IMG/VR virus record: IMGVR_UViG_3300010214_000044
Span: 1-59,383 of that record
Source: a virus
Taxonomy: Duplodnaviria > Caudoviricetes
Direction: 5' to 3' (one strand)
Length of the DNA: 59,383 nt
Shown: piece by piece, positions 18,057 through 28,000 of the stretch
How positions within the stretch are numbered: position 1 is the first letter of the stretch
Layout: each line of letters opens with the position of its first letter
The notes under the pieces: model-generated
The model's database searches: none
The model's input: only the letters and a program-made list of their open reading frames with translations
What the model was told of the DNA's origin: nothing
Translations under genes and position numbers: made by a program

Positions 18057-20303
18057 TTATTCGGTGGGTACCAGTTGGGTCAATGGTTGGGGTGAGGGCT
18101 GCGCCATGGAATCGGCTGGCGCTGGGAGATTGATGCCGTCATCAGCCAGGCCGGCCGAGGAGGTGATTTCGTCGGCGGCTGGTGCGAGGCCGGGCTGGGC
18201 GGTCACGATCTGGGCGCCTTCCAGCGCGGCCAGCATGGTCTGCACCTTCTTCAAGATGTCGTCTACGCCCAGCTTCTTAATCTGGGCCTCCGCCAGCTGG
18301 ATCTCGGTCTGCATCTTGGCAAGCTGGGTGCGCGCCGTTTCGCTGGCCATCTGCTCGGCTTCGGCTTGCTTGGCCTGCGCATCCTGGTCGGCCTTCATCT
18401 CTTCGGGTGTGGGCGGCTTGCTGGGGTCGCGCTGGCCGTTGATTTTGCGAATGCGCGCAACCCACTCTTCCTTGCCCTGGATGTCCGCAGACTCCACCAC
18501 CAGATCCAGCACCGACAGCACCACCTGGGGCGCGTAGGTGGCGATCTGGCCCAGCAGGCCGAACATCTGCTCGAGCGCGGACTGAGCCATGGAAGACCGA
18601 TAGTCCTGGGCATCCACGATGAAATCCGCTTCGCGCGCCGTGATGTCGTTGAGGATCTGCCCGGTCGCGGGGTCCACCTGGTTGATCGTCAGCCATTCAA
18701 TGGGGCGCTGGCCCTCGCCCACGATGCGAATCACCTTCTCCTCGGTATAGAACTGCTCGATGTGGCTCAGGCGCAGCTGGCCGGCCTGGCGGATGGCCAG
18801 CAGCAGGTTGTCGAAGAACTCGCTGGTGGTCAGCGAGCCCTGGTCCTGCTTGGCGAGAATGGCGCGCCCGCTGTTGGCATTGGTGTCGCGCCCCAGGTTC
18901 TCATCGGTCACGCCGCCAGCATTGCGAATCAGCTGCGCATCCTGGGCAGCCAAGGCCACATTGGCCTCGAAGTCGCCCATGTTGTTGTCGAACTTCAGTT
19001 CCCTATTGGGGTTCTTGATGATGATGCCGTCCGGCCGCGCAGCCTCATTGCGCAGGTCGTCCCAGTCATCCACCGCGCCCTTTTCCGCAATGATGCGGTT
19101 CACGCTCAGGGCATACAGGGCCTTGGAGCGGCGCTTGTTCAGGTCGTCCTGAATGTCGCGCATGCCACGCCAGGCACCATAGGCCAGCCCGTCGCGCGCC
19201 CGGCGATATCCCCAGATGGGAACCATCAGAAAGCGGTTGTGCTTGAACGGGCTGGCCATGTCCAGGCAGGGCGCATCCTTGGTGCACAGCATCAGGCGCA
19301 TGCGGAACTTCACGGCCTCGTACAGTCGCGCGCGGCCCTGGTCCTGCTCGAAGGCGTGGCGCGGATCTGCCGGGTTGAACACCTTGCCCGCGAAAGGGCC
19401 GTCTGCAAACACAGGCACCCGCTCGGGGATGCGGTACCAGCACTCCAGCAGCTCCACCGACCGGCGGCTGCTGTTGTCGTAGTAGCCAGCACGGGACATA
19501 TAAGCCGCGCGGGCCCCGTAAATGCTGCTGGCAGTGCCCCATTCCGTCTCGCTGGCGCTGGTCAGACGCTCGCCCAGGTACCAGATCCCGTCCGGATCCA
19601 CGTCGTCGTGCCGTCCAGCCTGAGACATCAGGTGATCGCGGCTATCGGGCAGCAGGGCCACGGCATAGTCCAGGTCCACCACGCGCCGGCGAAACAGATA
19701 GCGCGCGTCCACGTTGTAGTCGATGTTGCGGCTATGGCTATCGCGGTAGACGTTGCGCCAGTCCTCCCAGCCCGAATAGATCAGCTCGGCCTCGGGGTCG
19801 CGGTTGGCCCCCTCCTCCAGCCAGCTCAGGCCGGCAGTCACGGCCTGTCGGAAAGCCCGGCTGCGGTGCCACTGGGTCATGTTCACGTCGTCCGTGTACT
19901 TGATCAGCTTGGTCTTGACCTCGGCCATGGCCTCGTCGTCGCGCTCGCGGGGCAACACCTTGTAGTCCTTGCGCATGCGCTTTTCGGTACCGCAGATCCA
20001 TTCAATGGTCTGCCGGCCTTCATTGAAGACCACCGGCGCCTGGCCGCGCTCCATCAGCGCCTGGGCATCCTCGGGCTTCCACTGCAAATGGTCCTGGTAG
20101 TCCTCATCGATCTGCATCTGCTGGCGCTCTTCACCCTGGCGCTCGCTCTCGTACTTCAGCAGCTCCATCAGCGTGTTGTGCCGCTGCCTGGTCAGCTCGT
20201 CATTGCCCGCTGCCGCGCGCTCGGCGGGCTGCTCTTGATCGGCGTTACTCGAGGAGTCTGCTGCTCGAGCACTGGTTGGGATGTCGCGCACTTCAAACAT
20301 CAC
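18057..20303 (-). CDS. Portal protein (P22-like)
   Basis: QW..EDAQALMERGQAP, DIQDDLNKRRSK and NANSGRAILAKQDQG motifs. Confidence 0.9.
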   Translation of the reverse strand: MMFEVRDIPTSARAADSSSNADQEQPAERAAAGNDELTRQRHNTLMELLKYESERQGEERQQMQIDEDYQDHLQWKPEDAQALMERGQAPVVFNEGRQTIEWICGTEKRMRKDYKVLPRERDDEAMAEVKTKLIKYTDDVNMTQWHRSRAFRQAVTAGLSWLEEGANRDPEAELIYSGWEDWRNVYRDSHSRNIDYNVDARYLFRRRVVDLDYAVALLPDSRDHLMSQAGRHDDVDPDGIWYLGERLTSASETEWGTASSIYGARAAYMSRAGYYDNSSRRSVELLECWYRIPERVPVFADGPFAGKVFNPADPRHAFEQDQGRARLYEAVKFRMRLMLCTKDAPCLDMASPFKHNRFLMVPIWGYRRARDGLAYGAWRGMRDIQDDLNKRRSKALYALSVNRIIAEKGAVDDWDDLRNEAARPDGIIIKNPNRELKFDNNMGDFEANVALAAQDAQLIRNAGGVTDENLGRDTNANSGRAILAKQDQGSLTTSEFFDNLLLAIRQAGQLRLSHIEQFYTEEKVIRIVGEGQRPIEWLTINQVDPATGQILNDITAREADFIVDAQDYRSSMAQSALEQMFGLLGQIATYAPQVVLSVLDLVVESADIQGKEEWVARIRKINGQRDPSKPPTPEEMKADQDAQAKQAEAEQMASETARTQLAKMQTEIQLAEAQIKKLGVDDILKKVQTMLAALEGAQIVTAQPGLAPAADEITSSAGLADDGINLPAPADSMAQPSPQPLTQLVPTE

Positions 20304-20782
20304 AGCACCTCGCTATGCAGGTCCTGGCCATAGGCCCGGGCGGTGACTTCGATGCCCATGCGGTGGCGCTTGACCTCCAGGCTGGGCGGCTGCTCCAGTG
20401 GCATATCCACCAGGTCGGGCATGCCTTCGCAGATGATGTCCAGCATGCGGCGGATGCTGCTGCGGTCCGTCATCGTGAAGCCCATGGTTTCGGCCGCCAG
20501 CGCGGCGGTCTTGATGAACTGCGGCGTGGGGTTGCCCTTGGCATCCACATAGGCATAGGCGTTGCGTTGGGGAATCACATAGGAGCCAGTCTCCATGCGC
20601 CGGAATGCCGGGAACAGCACCATGCAGGGCTCAGGGTCCCCGTCTGCTGTCTCGTCGCCGGCGGCGCGCAGGTCCAGCCATTGAAAGCTGCAGACCACAT
20701 CGCCAAGAACACGCTGGCGCCAGGCGCGCTCGCCGCCCAGCTCGACCATGGGAGTGCCGCGTGGGCCGAGAATTGAGGTCAT
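20300..20782 (-). CDS. Hypothetical phage protein
   Basis: Coupled between terminase and portal. Confidence 0.75.
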   Translation of the reverse strand: MTSILGPRGTPMVELGGERAWRQRVLGDVVCSFQWLDLRAAGDETADGDPEPCMVLFPAFRRMETGSYVIPQRNAYAYVDAKGNPTPQFIKTAALAAETMGFTMTDRSSIRRMLDIICEGMPDLVDMPLEQPPSLEVKRHRMGIEVTARAYGQDLHSEVL

Positions 20783-22227
20783 GTCACCCTCCAGGACAGT
20801 TTGCGCCGCGCTTGACCGGCGGCACGGGGTTTGACGGTGGCCAGACCTAGCCCCGTCACAATGAGATAGCGCGTCGCATCCATGGCGTGGTCGTCCTTCT
20901 TGACGATCTGCCCTTTGTCGTCGCGCCGGTAAATGCGGTATTCGTTGAGCCAGTCGTGCATCGACTTGAAGACCTTCAAGCGACCCGTGCTCATGCGCTC
21001 CCAGACCTGATACAGGCCCGACTCCACGCCGTTATGGGCAGGGGTCAGCTGCAGACCCAGGTTCACGTAGTCATTCAGCAGCTGCTCGCCGTCGCGCTGG
21101 CTGCGGCCGCGCGATGCCGGATCGATAGCGCCCGGTATCCAATCGCCGCGCGCCTTGATCGATGCCGCATGCACAGATGGCTCGGCCTGGCCGCGATAGT
21201 GGTTGCTGTAGAGGTAAACAATGTCCGAGTCGCGGTCGTGCGCGCCCCAGACGGCAGCCGTGCGGTTCCAGCCCACGTCCATGCCATAGGCCCGGGGCCA
21301 GAAGTCGGGGATCTGGAAGTCCGGCACCACGATGTCGCTCTCGGGTACCGGGTAAATCGCGCCTGCGCCCAGAGCTGGCACGCCCTTGGTCCGCGCGTCG
21401 CGCTGGTGCGGCATCAGGCGCGACAGCAGCTTGGCCTTGGCCTCTTCGGTAAGGTGAGGCACATCGTCCCAGCCGCACTGCACCACCGCGCGGCCGATCA
21501 CCTTGCCCTCGGGGTCCGGCGATGTCAGCTGCTGCACCAGAGCCGTCAGGCCCGACAGCGGTGTGAAGGTCAGCATGGAGATGCCCTCGCGCGTCATCAG
21601 GCGCACCTGGCCCTCCTCGTAAACATCCTCGGGACATTCCTCGTCGGCCCAGAAGATGTCCAGCTCGAAGCCCTGGAAAATCTCGCGCCCCTGCACATAG
21701 CTGCGCATCCACAGCTCAGACTCGCCACCGCTCTCGTGGCGGATCATCGCGCGCTCGACGGCTCCCTTCACATGGGTGCGCGACACGATGCCCGTGATCG
21801 CATCGCCAGGAATCAGGCCGGTACCGAAGTTCTCCGGCTTGTCCGTGGTGGAGCCCAGCAGCTTGAGCTGCAGAATGTCGCGCGTTGTCTCGTGGGTATC
21901 GCCAGAGATCAGCGCGCGCACGGGCTTGGTGAAGCGATGGCCTGCCCACCACCAGGGATAGCGCCCCGTCAGGTGATATGCCAGCTCGGTACCGGCGGCC
22001 ATGGTCTTGCCCACACGGTTGCCGGCCATAAACACACGCTCGCTGCAGGTCGCGCCCAGTTCGAAGAACTGCACATGACGCGGATACAGCGCACGGCGCA
22101 ATGCCCCCGTGTCCGGAAACATGGTTTCGAGCATGCGAGTGCGCCGGCGGCGCTCAAGCTCATCCAGCAGACCGCCCAGCTCGATGCGCTGCTCAGGGGT
22201 GAGGTGCAGAACGGAGTCAGCCAGCAT
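20779..22227 (-). CDS. terL: Terminase large subunit
   Basis: Walker A AGNRVGKT, Walker B FWADEE, nuclease GMDVG and DDHAMDATRY. Confidence 0.95.
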   Translation of the reverse strand: MLADSVLHLTPEQRIELGGLLDELERRRRTRMLETMFPDTGALRRALYPRHVQFFELGATCSERVFMAGNRVGKTMAAGTELAYHLTGRYPWWWAGHRFTKPVRALISGDTHETTRDILQLKLLGSTTDKPENFGTGLIPGDAITGIVSRTHVKGAVERAMIRHESGGESELWMRSYVQGREIFQGFELDIFWADEECPEDVYEEGQVRLMTREGISMLTFTPLSGLTALVQQLTSPDPEGKVIGRAVVQCGWDDVPHLTEEAKAKLLSRLMPHQRDARTKGVPALGAGAIYPVPESDIVVPDFQIPDFWPRAYGMDVGWNRTAAVWGAHDRDSDIVYLYSNHYRGQAEPSVHAASIKARGDWIPGAIDPASRGRSQRDGEQLLNDYVNLGLQLTPAHNGVESGLYQVWERMSTGRLKVFKSMHDWLNEYRIYRRDDKGQIVKKDDHAMDATRYLIVTGLGLATVKPRAAGQARRKLSWRVT

Positions 22228-22876
22228 CGCCGCCCTCCGTTGGTCCCACAGGCACGATGCTGGCTACAGAGACACCCAGCTTCGCCAGGCGCTGCAGCAG
22301 CACGTCATCGCTCATCACCTTGTGATCGACAGTCCCCTCGACCTGCACCTTGTCGCCATAGACGCGCGGCTTGAGCTTGGATGCTGACCACTTGCGAGCA
22401 TCCACGCGCAGCTTGTTGCGTGCCACGGCGGTCTTGTCGAACATGACCGCCACGGTGTTGCCGCTCATGTCCGTGACCGGCTCGTACTCGCACTCGTCCG
22501 CGATGGACACGATTTCGTCGGCCAGTTTGTCTGCTCGATCCTCGCGCGCGCGTGCGTACATCTCGGCGCGTGAGCTGTCGGCGTTGATCCAGTCCAGCAT
22601 CGTCGTGTAGGCAAACTCGTGCTGACGGCAGAAATCGGCCATGTGGCCGCCTTCCAGGACGAATGCCAGGAACTGGTCAAGCGCACCAACACCCGACGAC
22701 CATTTCTGAAATGGCGTCAGGGGCTTGGCTGCTTTCTTGGGGGGTGTGGTCTTGGTGGCCGCAGGCGGCTTCTTGCTGGAAGCCGGGGCCTTGAATGAGG
22801 CGGTACGGGCGCGCGTTGAGACGGGCTTCGTGGCCGTCTTGGCGTTTTGATCAGGTGACGCGCGCTTCTTGCTCAA
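22217..22876 (-). CDS. terS: Terminase small subunit
   Basis: YARARE..AD..ADEI and KLRVDARKWSASKLKPRVYGDK motifs; TTG start. Confidence 0.9.
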   Translation of the reverse strand: MSKKRASPDQNAKTATKPVSTRARTASFKAPASSKKPPAATKTTPPKKAAKPLTPFQKWSSGVGALDQFLAFVLEGGHMADFCRQHEFAYTTMLDWINADSSRAEMYARAREDRADKLADEIVSIADECEYEPVTDMSGNTVAVMFDKTAVARNKLRVDARKWSASKLKPRVYGDKVQVEGTVDHKVMSDDVLLQRLAKLGVSVASIVPVGPTEGGDAG

Positions 22877-22913
22877 GTCCTGTCGTTTGCATGCCCTCTA
22901 TTGGGCGCGGGCA

Positions 22914-22948
22914 ATGAAACGACAATTCGTTGAAAACTTCAAGGGGGG
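22914..22948 (-). promoter_or_regulatory. Conserved bipartite motif, copy 2 (candidate late promoter)
   Basis: Minus strand CCCCCCTTGAA-gttttcaacgaatt-GTCGTTTCAT upstream of terS. Confidence 0.6.
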
Positions 22949-23006
22949 TCGATCCGCCCACGCCGATCCCCGCACGCGGGCTGCAGGAATAGGCGGATCT
23001 TCTGGC

Positions 23007-23468
23007 TCAGAAAGCTGAAATGCGCTCGCCCAGAATCACAGACAGCTCGCGCATCACATCGAGCTGGCGGCGCATGCGGGCCTGCTCGTCGTTCGCCAGC
23101 TCGCGGAACAAGGCATTGCGCAGAATGAACTCATCCAGCCTGGTGATTCGGATGTCCAGCTCTTGCTTCTCATCCAGCACGCGCTGCTGGTGCCCCGGCA
23201 GCGTGCAGCCAACTACCTGCCAGTCTTCAGCCAAGGTGTCGTTGATGCTCGGTGCCCAGGTGCTCACCGTCTCGTCTACGTTCTTGAGCGCCAGGTAGGC
23301 CGCGTAAGGAACCATCGCGCCCGCGCCGAAATGCTCCTTGGCCGCGCCGGTCTGCACCGGGTAGCTGGCAGCAGGCACGAGATAGATAAATAGGCCTTTG
23401 CCGTTCCAGCCTGTGCGCTGCAGGCGCTTGCCCAGCTTCAATTCCTTGATTGCGTCACCGAAATTCAT
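23007..23468 (-). CDS. DUF2829 (Tad2-like) domain fused to a crAss001_48-like helical domain
   Basis: MNFGDAI..LK.GKR..RTGWNG and WAPSINDTLAEDW; then HQQRVLDEKQEL..RI..L..FI...RQL..M...IL.ERI. Confidence 0.8.
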   Translation of the reverse strand: MNFGDAIKELKLGKRLQRTGWNGKGLFIYLVPAASYPVQTGAAKEHFGAGAMVPYAAYLALKNVDETVSTWAPSINDTLAEDWQVVGCTLPGHQQRVLDEKQELDIRITRLDEFILRNALFRELANDEQARMRRQLDVMRELSVILGERISAF

Positions 23469-23959
23469 TGAGGGTTCTCCTTGGTTTTGGGGATCACTGG
23501 CCAGGCTGCGCGGCAGGTTGCCGCATCAGCTGCGTGGCCATCAGCTCGGATTGCCAGCTCTGTGTATCGCTGGCTGCACTGTCCGAATACTTTTCCGAGG
23601 GCTCGGGCGTACTCGATGAGGGCGGCGGGGGAAGCGTCAGCAAGTCGCTGCTCGGCATCGGACAGTTGCTGGCGCAGGCCGTCACGCTCACGGCGAGCGC
23701 GATCAGCAGCAGCCTGCAAACCGGCCTGCTTCTGGATGGCGTCATTCAGGGCTCCTTGGTATTTGTCGTTGACCGTGCGTTCCACGGCCAGCAGACGCCG
23801 GCCGGCGGCCGTGCGTTCATCAGCGATCTGCTCGCGGTACTGGCTGGCCTGCAGGCGTTCGTCGGCCAGGTCCGCACCTAGACGGGCCTCCTGGAAGTAC
23901 CAGACGCCTGCACCAGCGATTGCAGCCGCGACGATGTGAGTAATCGCCCTCACTGTCAT
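23465..23959 (-). CDS. Rz-like inner-membrane spanin
   Basis: N-terminal transmembrane segment, coiled coil, ATGA overlap with the endolysin. Confidence 0.8.
   Translation of the reverse strand: MTVRAITHIVAAAIAGAGVWYFQEARLGADLADERLQASQYREQIADERTAAGRRLLAVERTVNDKYQGALNDAIQKQAGLQAAADRARRERDGLRQQLSDAEQRLADASPAALIEYARALGKVFGQCSQRYTELAIRADGHAADAATCRAAWPVIPKTKENPQ
23494..23745 (-). CDS. Rz1-like outer-membrane spanin lipoprotein embedded in Rz
   Basis: Alternate frame, lipobox VTAC, Pro-rich stretch. Confidence 0.8.
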   Translation of the reverse strand: MTPSRSRPVCRLLLIALAVSVTACASNCPMPSSDLLTLPPPPSSSTPEPSEKYSDSAASDTQSWQSELMATQLMRQPAAQPGQ

Positions 23960-24567
23960 GGCAGTACCCCGGCCATGAAGTGCCCATCCCGACCCCAGCT
24001 CGAGCACAACTCAGCTGTCGTGCCGCGCCGATCCACCAGCCCGGCCAGCACGGCGCTCTTGCCGTTGACCGTGCCGCGCACCCATTTGGGCATCTGAGCG
24101 CAAGCACCATCCAGATCGCCGGCATTGGCGAGGGTCCGCATCGTGCTGCCGGCCACGTTCGCCTCGCCCAGGTTGTAGATCATGTCTATGAGGCTAGCCT
24201 GCACCCACACGTTGTAGGTGCCCCAGTGACGGAACATGCGCTTTGCTGCAGCTTCGGCCGCTAGGTACATGGGCAGCTCAAGCCGCATGCAATCGGTCTT
24301 GGTGTAGTAGCGCCCGGCCACGACCTGCGGGCCAGTCACCCCATTGCAGACCGTCAGGGGCATGCCCTTGCCCACCTTGTCCACGTAGGGAGTGCCGATG
24401 TGACGGCCGCTGCTCTCGTAGTAGGCGCCAATGTCCATGGCGAGCAGCACCGCCTCGGATGGCTGGGGCTCACCGGGCGGCAGCATGCTGGCAGCGCCAG
24501 CCCCCAGCAGCATGATGGTCAGCGCGGTTTGCACCAGACGCTGCTTGAGTGTGGCGGGCATCGTCAT
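23956..24567 (-). CDS. Endolysin, GH24 lysozyme with N-terminal SAR/signal segment
   Basis: YE...PYVDKVG...TVCNG and GLVDRR motifs; hydrophobic N-terminus. Confidence 0.9.
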   Translation of the reverse strand: MTMPATLKQRLVQTALTIMLLGAGAASMLPPGEPQPSEAVLLAMDIGAYYESSGRHIGTPYVDKVGKGMPLTVCNGVTGPQVVAGRYYTKTDCMRLELPMYLAAEAAAKRMFRHWGTYNVWVQASLIDMIYNLGEANVAGSTMRTLANAGDLDGACAQMPKWVRGTVNGKSAVLAGLVDRRGTTAELCSSWGRDGHFMAGVLP

Positions 24568-24866
24568 AGCTCCACCTCCACTTCCCTATCCGTGCAGGCT
24601 GGCGTAGCTGTGGGAATGCCTGTGGTACGCATCAGCTTGATGCGCAGCAGCTGCTCCTCGCGGTTCAGGTCAGCCTGGGCCACGGCGCGGCGATCAGCCT
24701 CGCGCTTGTAGTACCAGTTCACCAGGGCCCCGATGATGGCCACCACCAGGCCCAGAATACCGATGGCGTTGGAAGAGGCCAGCCAGCCGAAAAAGCTCAC
24801 GATGGCGCCGCCGCCGGTAGTCCGGTTGCCGGCATTCGCCATCAGCTCAATGGTTTCGTTCTTCAT
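24564..24866 (-). CDS. Holin
   Basis: Two hydrophobic segments, VNWYYKR, directly before the endolysin. Confidence 0.85.
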   Translation of the reverse strand: MKNETIELMANAGNRTTGGGAIVSFFGWLASSNAIGILGLVVAIIGALVNWYYKREADRRAVAQADLNREEQLLRIKLMRTTGIPTATPACTDREVEVEL

Positions 24867-24991
24867 GCGGCAGCACCTCCTGTGCGAGAGGTGGCGGCAT
24901 GTCCGTATGCGGCCGGCGCCGTTGTGTGTGTGATGGGCATCGAGGTTCCTTGGTAGGAACCGCACGCCCCGGGCAGTGAGTGTGTGGGCGC

Positions 24992-25020
24992 ATTATCTTC
25001 ACGCCCACACCTCGGATCAA
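24992..25020 (-). promoter_or_regulatory. Candidate sigma70-type promoter for the lysis cassette
   Basis: Minus strand TTGATC-17 nt-GATAAT. Confidence 0.45.
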
Positions 25021-28000
25021 GGGGCTGTTGTGGGCCCTTGCGCTTCCGCCAAAGATTGACGCACGCTCGCGCGAATCGACTTCGGGGCAGCTGCTGCAAC
25101 GCGCTCGGCCTTGGTCTGACGCATCTTGATCACACGGCGGCGCACGGCCAGCATGTCGATGGTCAGGGGGCTCTCGGGGTTGCGGCGGTTCCAGTTGCGC
25201 ATACGCTCCCGAATCTCCCCCTGCTTCTCGCCATCCTTGTCATAGACGGCCTGGGCCATGTCTGCAGTCAGGCGCTCCTTCATGGCCCGGTTCTGCCCAA
25301 TCAGGTTCTGCTCGGTGGCCGTGGCCTCCTGCGTCTCCGCAACCGACTTGGGCTGGAAGCCGACAGCCTTTGCCACGGCCTCGCCCAGCGTCACATCGAT
25401 GACCTTGCGGCCCTTGCTGTCCTTGTAGACCCCGCTGTCGGCCATGTCGTAGCCCTTGGCAGCATTGCGCACGGCCGTGGGCGATACCTCTAGAGCAGCG
25501 CCAGCAATATCCCCTGTGAGCGCCTTGCGAGCGCCAGTGGCTGCGCGCTGGATCAAGTCGCCAGCCGGTCCGATGATCTCCAGCAAGTCCCGGCTGTGGT
25601 CGCGCTTCTCGAGGAACAAACCGGTACCGGGGATGAGGTTGCCCATGCCCAGGCGGCCAGAAATATCGATTGGCGCGCCGGGCAGGCCCGACACCCCCTG
25701 CTCAATGAACTCCGCCAGATCCTTGCCCAGCACGTCCTGCATCAGCTGCTTGCGCCACTGCTTGACGCTCATGCTGTAGCCCATCAACTGCCCGCCGGCA
25801 TCAATCAGGTCCTCAACGTCTTCAGCGAACGGCAGGCCGCCGGCGCCGCCCATCAGCATCAGCATGGCGATTGACCAGCCCACGGCGCGGCGGCCAGCTG
25901 CTCGCTCTGGGCTTCCTGCCTGCCCTTGGTTCCACATGCGCTGCATCAGCTCCAGATAGGACACGCTGTAGGTCTTGAAGGTGAACAGCGTGCCCCCGAT
26001 GGTTCCCCGTGCCCACTGCGGTTTCACGGCCTTGGAATAGACGAACTGGGTATCCAGCACCGCCTTTCGTGCGAATGCGGAAGGATTCTGAATGCCCTGC
26101 TCCTTCGCCAGGCGGTAAGAGGCAATGAAGGTGCTGCGGCGGTTGAACTGCTCGGCCAGGGCGAAGGGCTGGCCCCATGCCACCTTGGTACGCTCCCATG
26201 CATTCGCTGCAGTTGCTCGAGCATTCCCTGCAGCCGTCCCATCACCGGCGCGCAGCGCACCCGCACCGCGGGCCTGCGACATCAGCTGGTGGATTTCCTG
26301 GGGGCTGACCACGCCATCGTCTTCGGCAGACTGCAGGGCCTTGGCAAGGTCGGCCTCGTACTGGAAGCCCCTGGTTCCCATGTCCTTGAGCGCGCGGGCC
26401 AGTTGCGCCCCGGCCTTCTTCATGCCGCCGTACTGGCTCAGCCATGGCAGCGTCACCTGGAAAGGCTGGGTCATGTTCACAAATGCCGAAGCCAGCGAGC
26501 CGCCCAGGTACTGGGCAAACAGCATGCCGCGCACGGCCTGCCCCTCCTCCTGGGGATCCTGGATGTAGCTGCGCAGACCCATCGCCAGATCCTTGAGCTC
26601 GCCTTGGTCCTTGGGGATGGCGTTGATCGCCTTGTCCAGCGTGCCCACGTTCAGGCCAGCAGCAGCCTGGCGCGCATTGGAATAGACAAAGTTCGCCACC
26701 ACCCGGCCCACATCCTCAGAAAAGCCTGACGTGCCCTTGCGGTGAATCATCCGCTTGAGCGCGCTGTGGTTGTTCTTGGTGAGCTTCAGATACTCCTGGA
26801 ATGCCTTGTCCTGGGCCTCGTTGCCTTCGGAGTCCAGGCCCAGCATATTGCCGAACAGCTCCAGGCTCTCCGGAGTCACCCCAGCAAACAGCTTGTATGC
26901 CTGCTGGCTCATGGTTCCCTGCTCCACCTTGGCGTCGGGGAAGGTCAGGCGGAAGTTGCGCGCGGCAGTGTTCGCCTCCCTCATCGTCTCGTACATGCCG
27001 AAGTACTGGCGCTCGCCGGCGGCGTCCACCACGTCCACCGTGTAGCGCCCGAAGCGAGACAGGGGGGCATAGCCGGATTCCTGCAGAGCCTTGGCATCCT
27101 CAAGACGCTTGCGGATCTGCTGCATCTGGATCGCCAGGCGGTCGCGGTTGTCGGGCACAGCCTTGGCGTCCTGCTCCAGCATGTCCAGCAGCAGCTGGCC
27201 CGCACTGTCCAGGGATGGCTGCTCGAGCACGGCATCACGCATGGCGGCATATCCATCGCCCAGGGTTCGCATCATGTCGGCGCGGGCCGTCATGTCGATG
27301 GAGCGATCAATGGCCGCGCGCGCTTCCCGGTACAGGCTGATTTGATCAGGGGTCGCACCGAATTGCGATTGCAGCTCTTTATCGCTCCACACAACGCCAG
27401 CCTTGAGAATCTTGCTCTCAAAACGGGAGTTGATCATGTTTTCATACTGCTGCGCGGGCAGGCCTTGCCACATGGCGAGCACGCCGGCGTCGATCCGGTT
27501 GGCCTTCAGCAGCATGGCCGCCTTGTTGTGTGCGCTCAGGTTGGCGTACTTCTTGACCAGATCCTCTACCAGGCTGGCCTGCCCGTTGATGTCACGAGCC
27601 CACAGCAGCGTCCCCTCAAACAGCGGGCGAGCAACTGCCTTGTTGTCGGCAGCTGATACCGGACGCTTGCGGTTCTTGCCCAGGATGTCGCCCATGCTGT
27701 CGACTCGAGGAAGGATGCGCGGCGCTTGGTCGGCTGCGTCGTTGGCGAGCATGCTCACATCGTCGATGTTCTGCTGTGCGGATTCGTAGACGGGCTTGAA
27801 GAACGGGTTGCGCTCGGCCAGGTGGCGCATGGTCCCCACGGTCTTGTCCCACATGGAGACTTTGCCGGGGTGGCTCAGGATGTTGTCGAGCTGGGAAAGC
27901 GCGCTGCCCTTGATGTCGGCCAGGCGCGAGCGGCTGAAGAGTGGCCCGTCCGCTAGTGGGCCTGGGCCAGCATTTCCTTGATCTTCGCCAGCGCGGCCTC

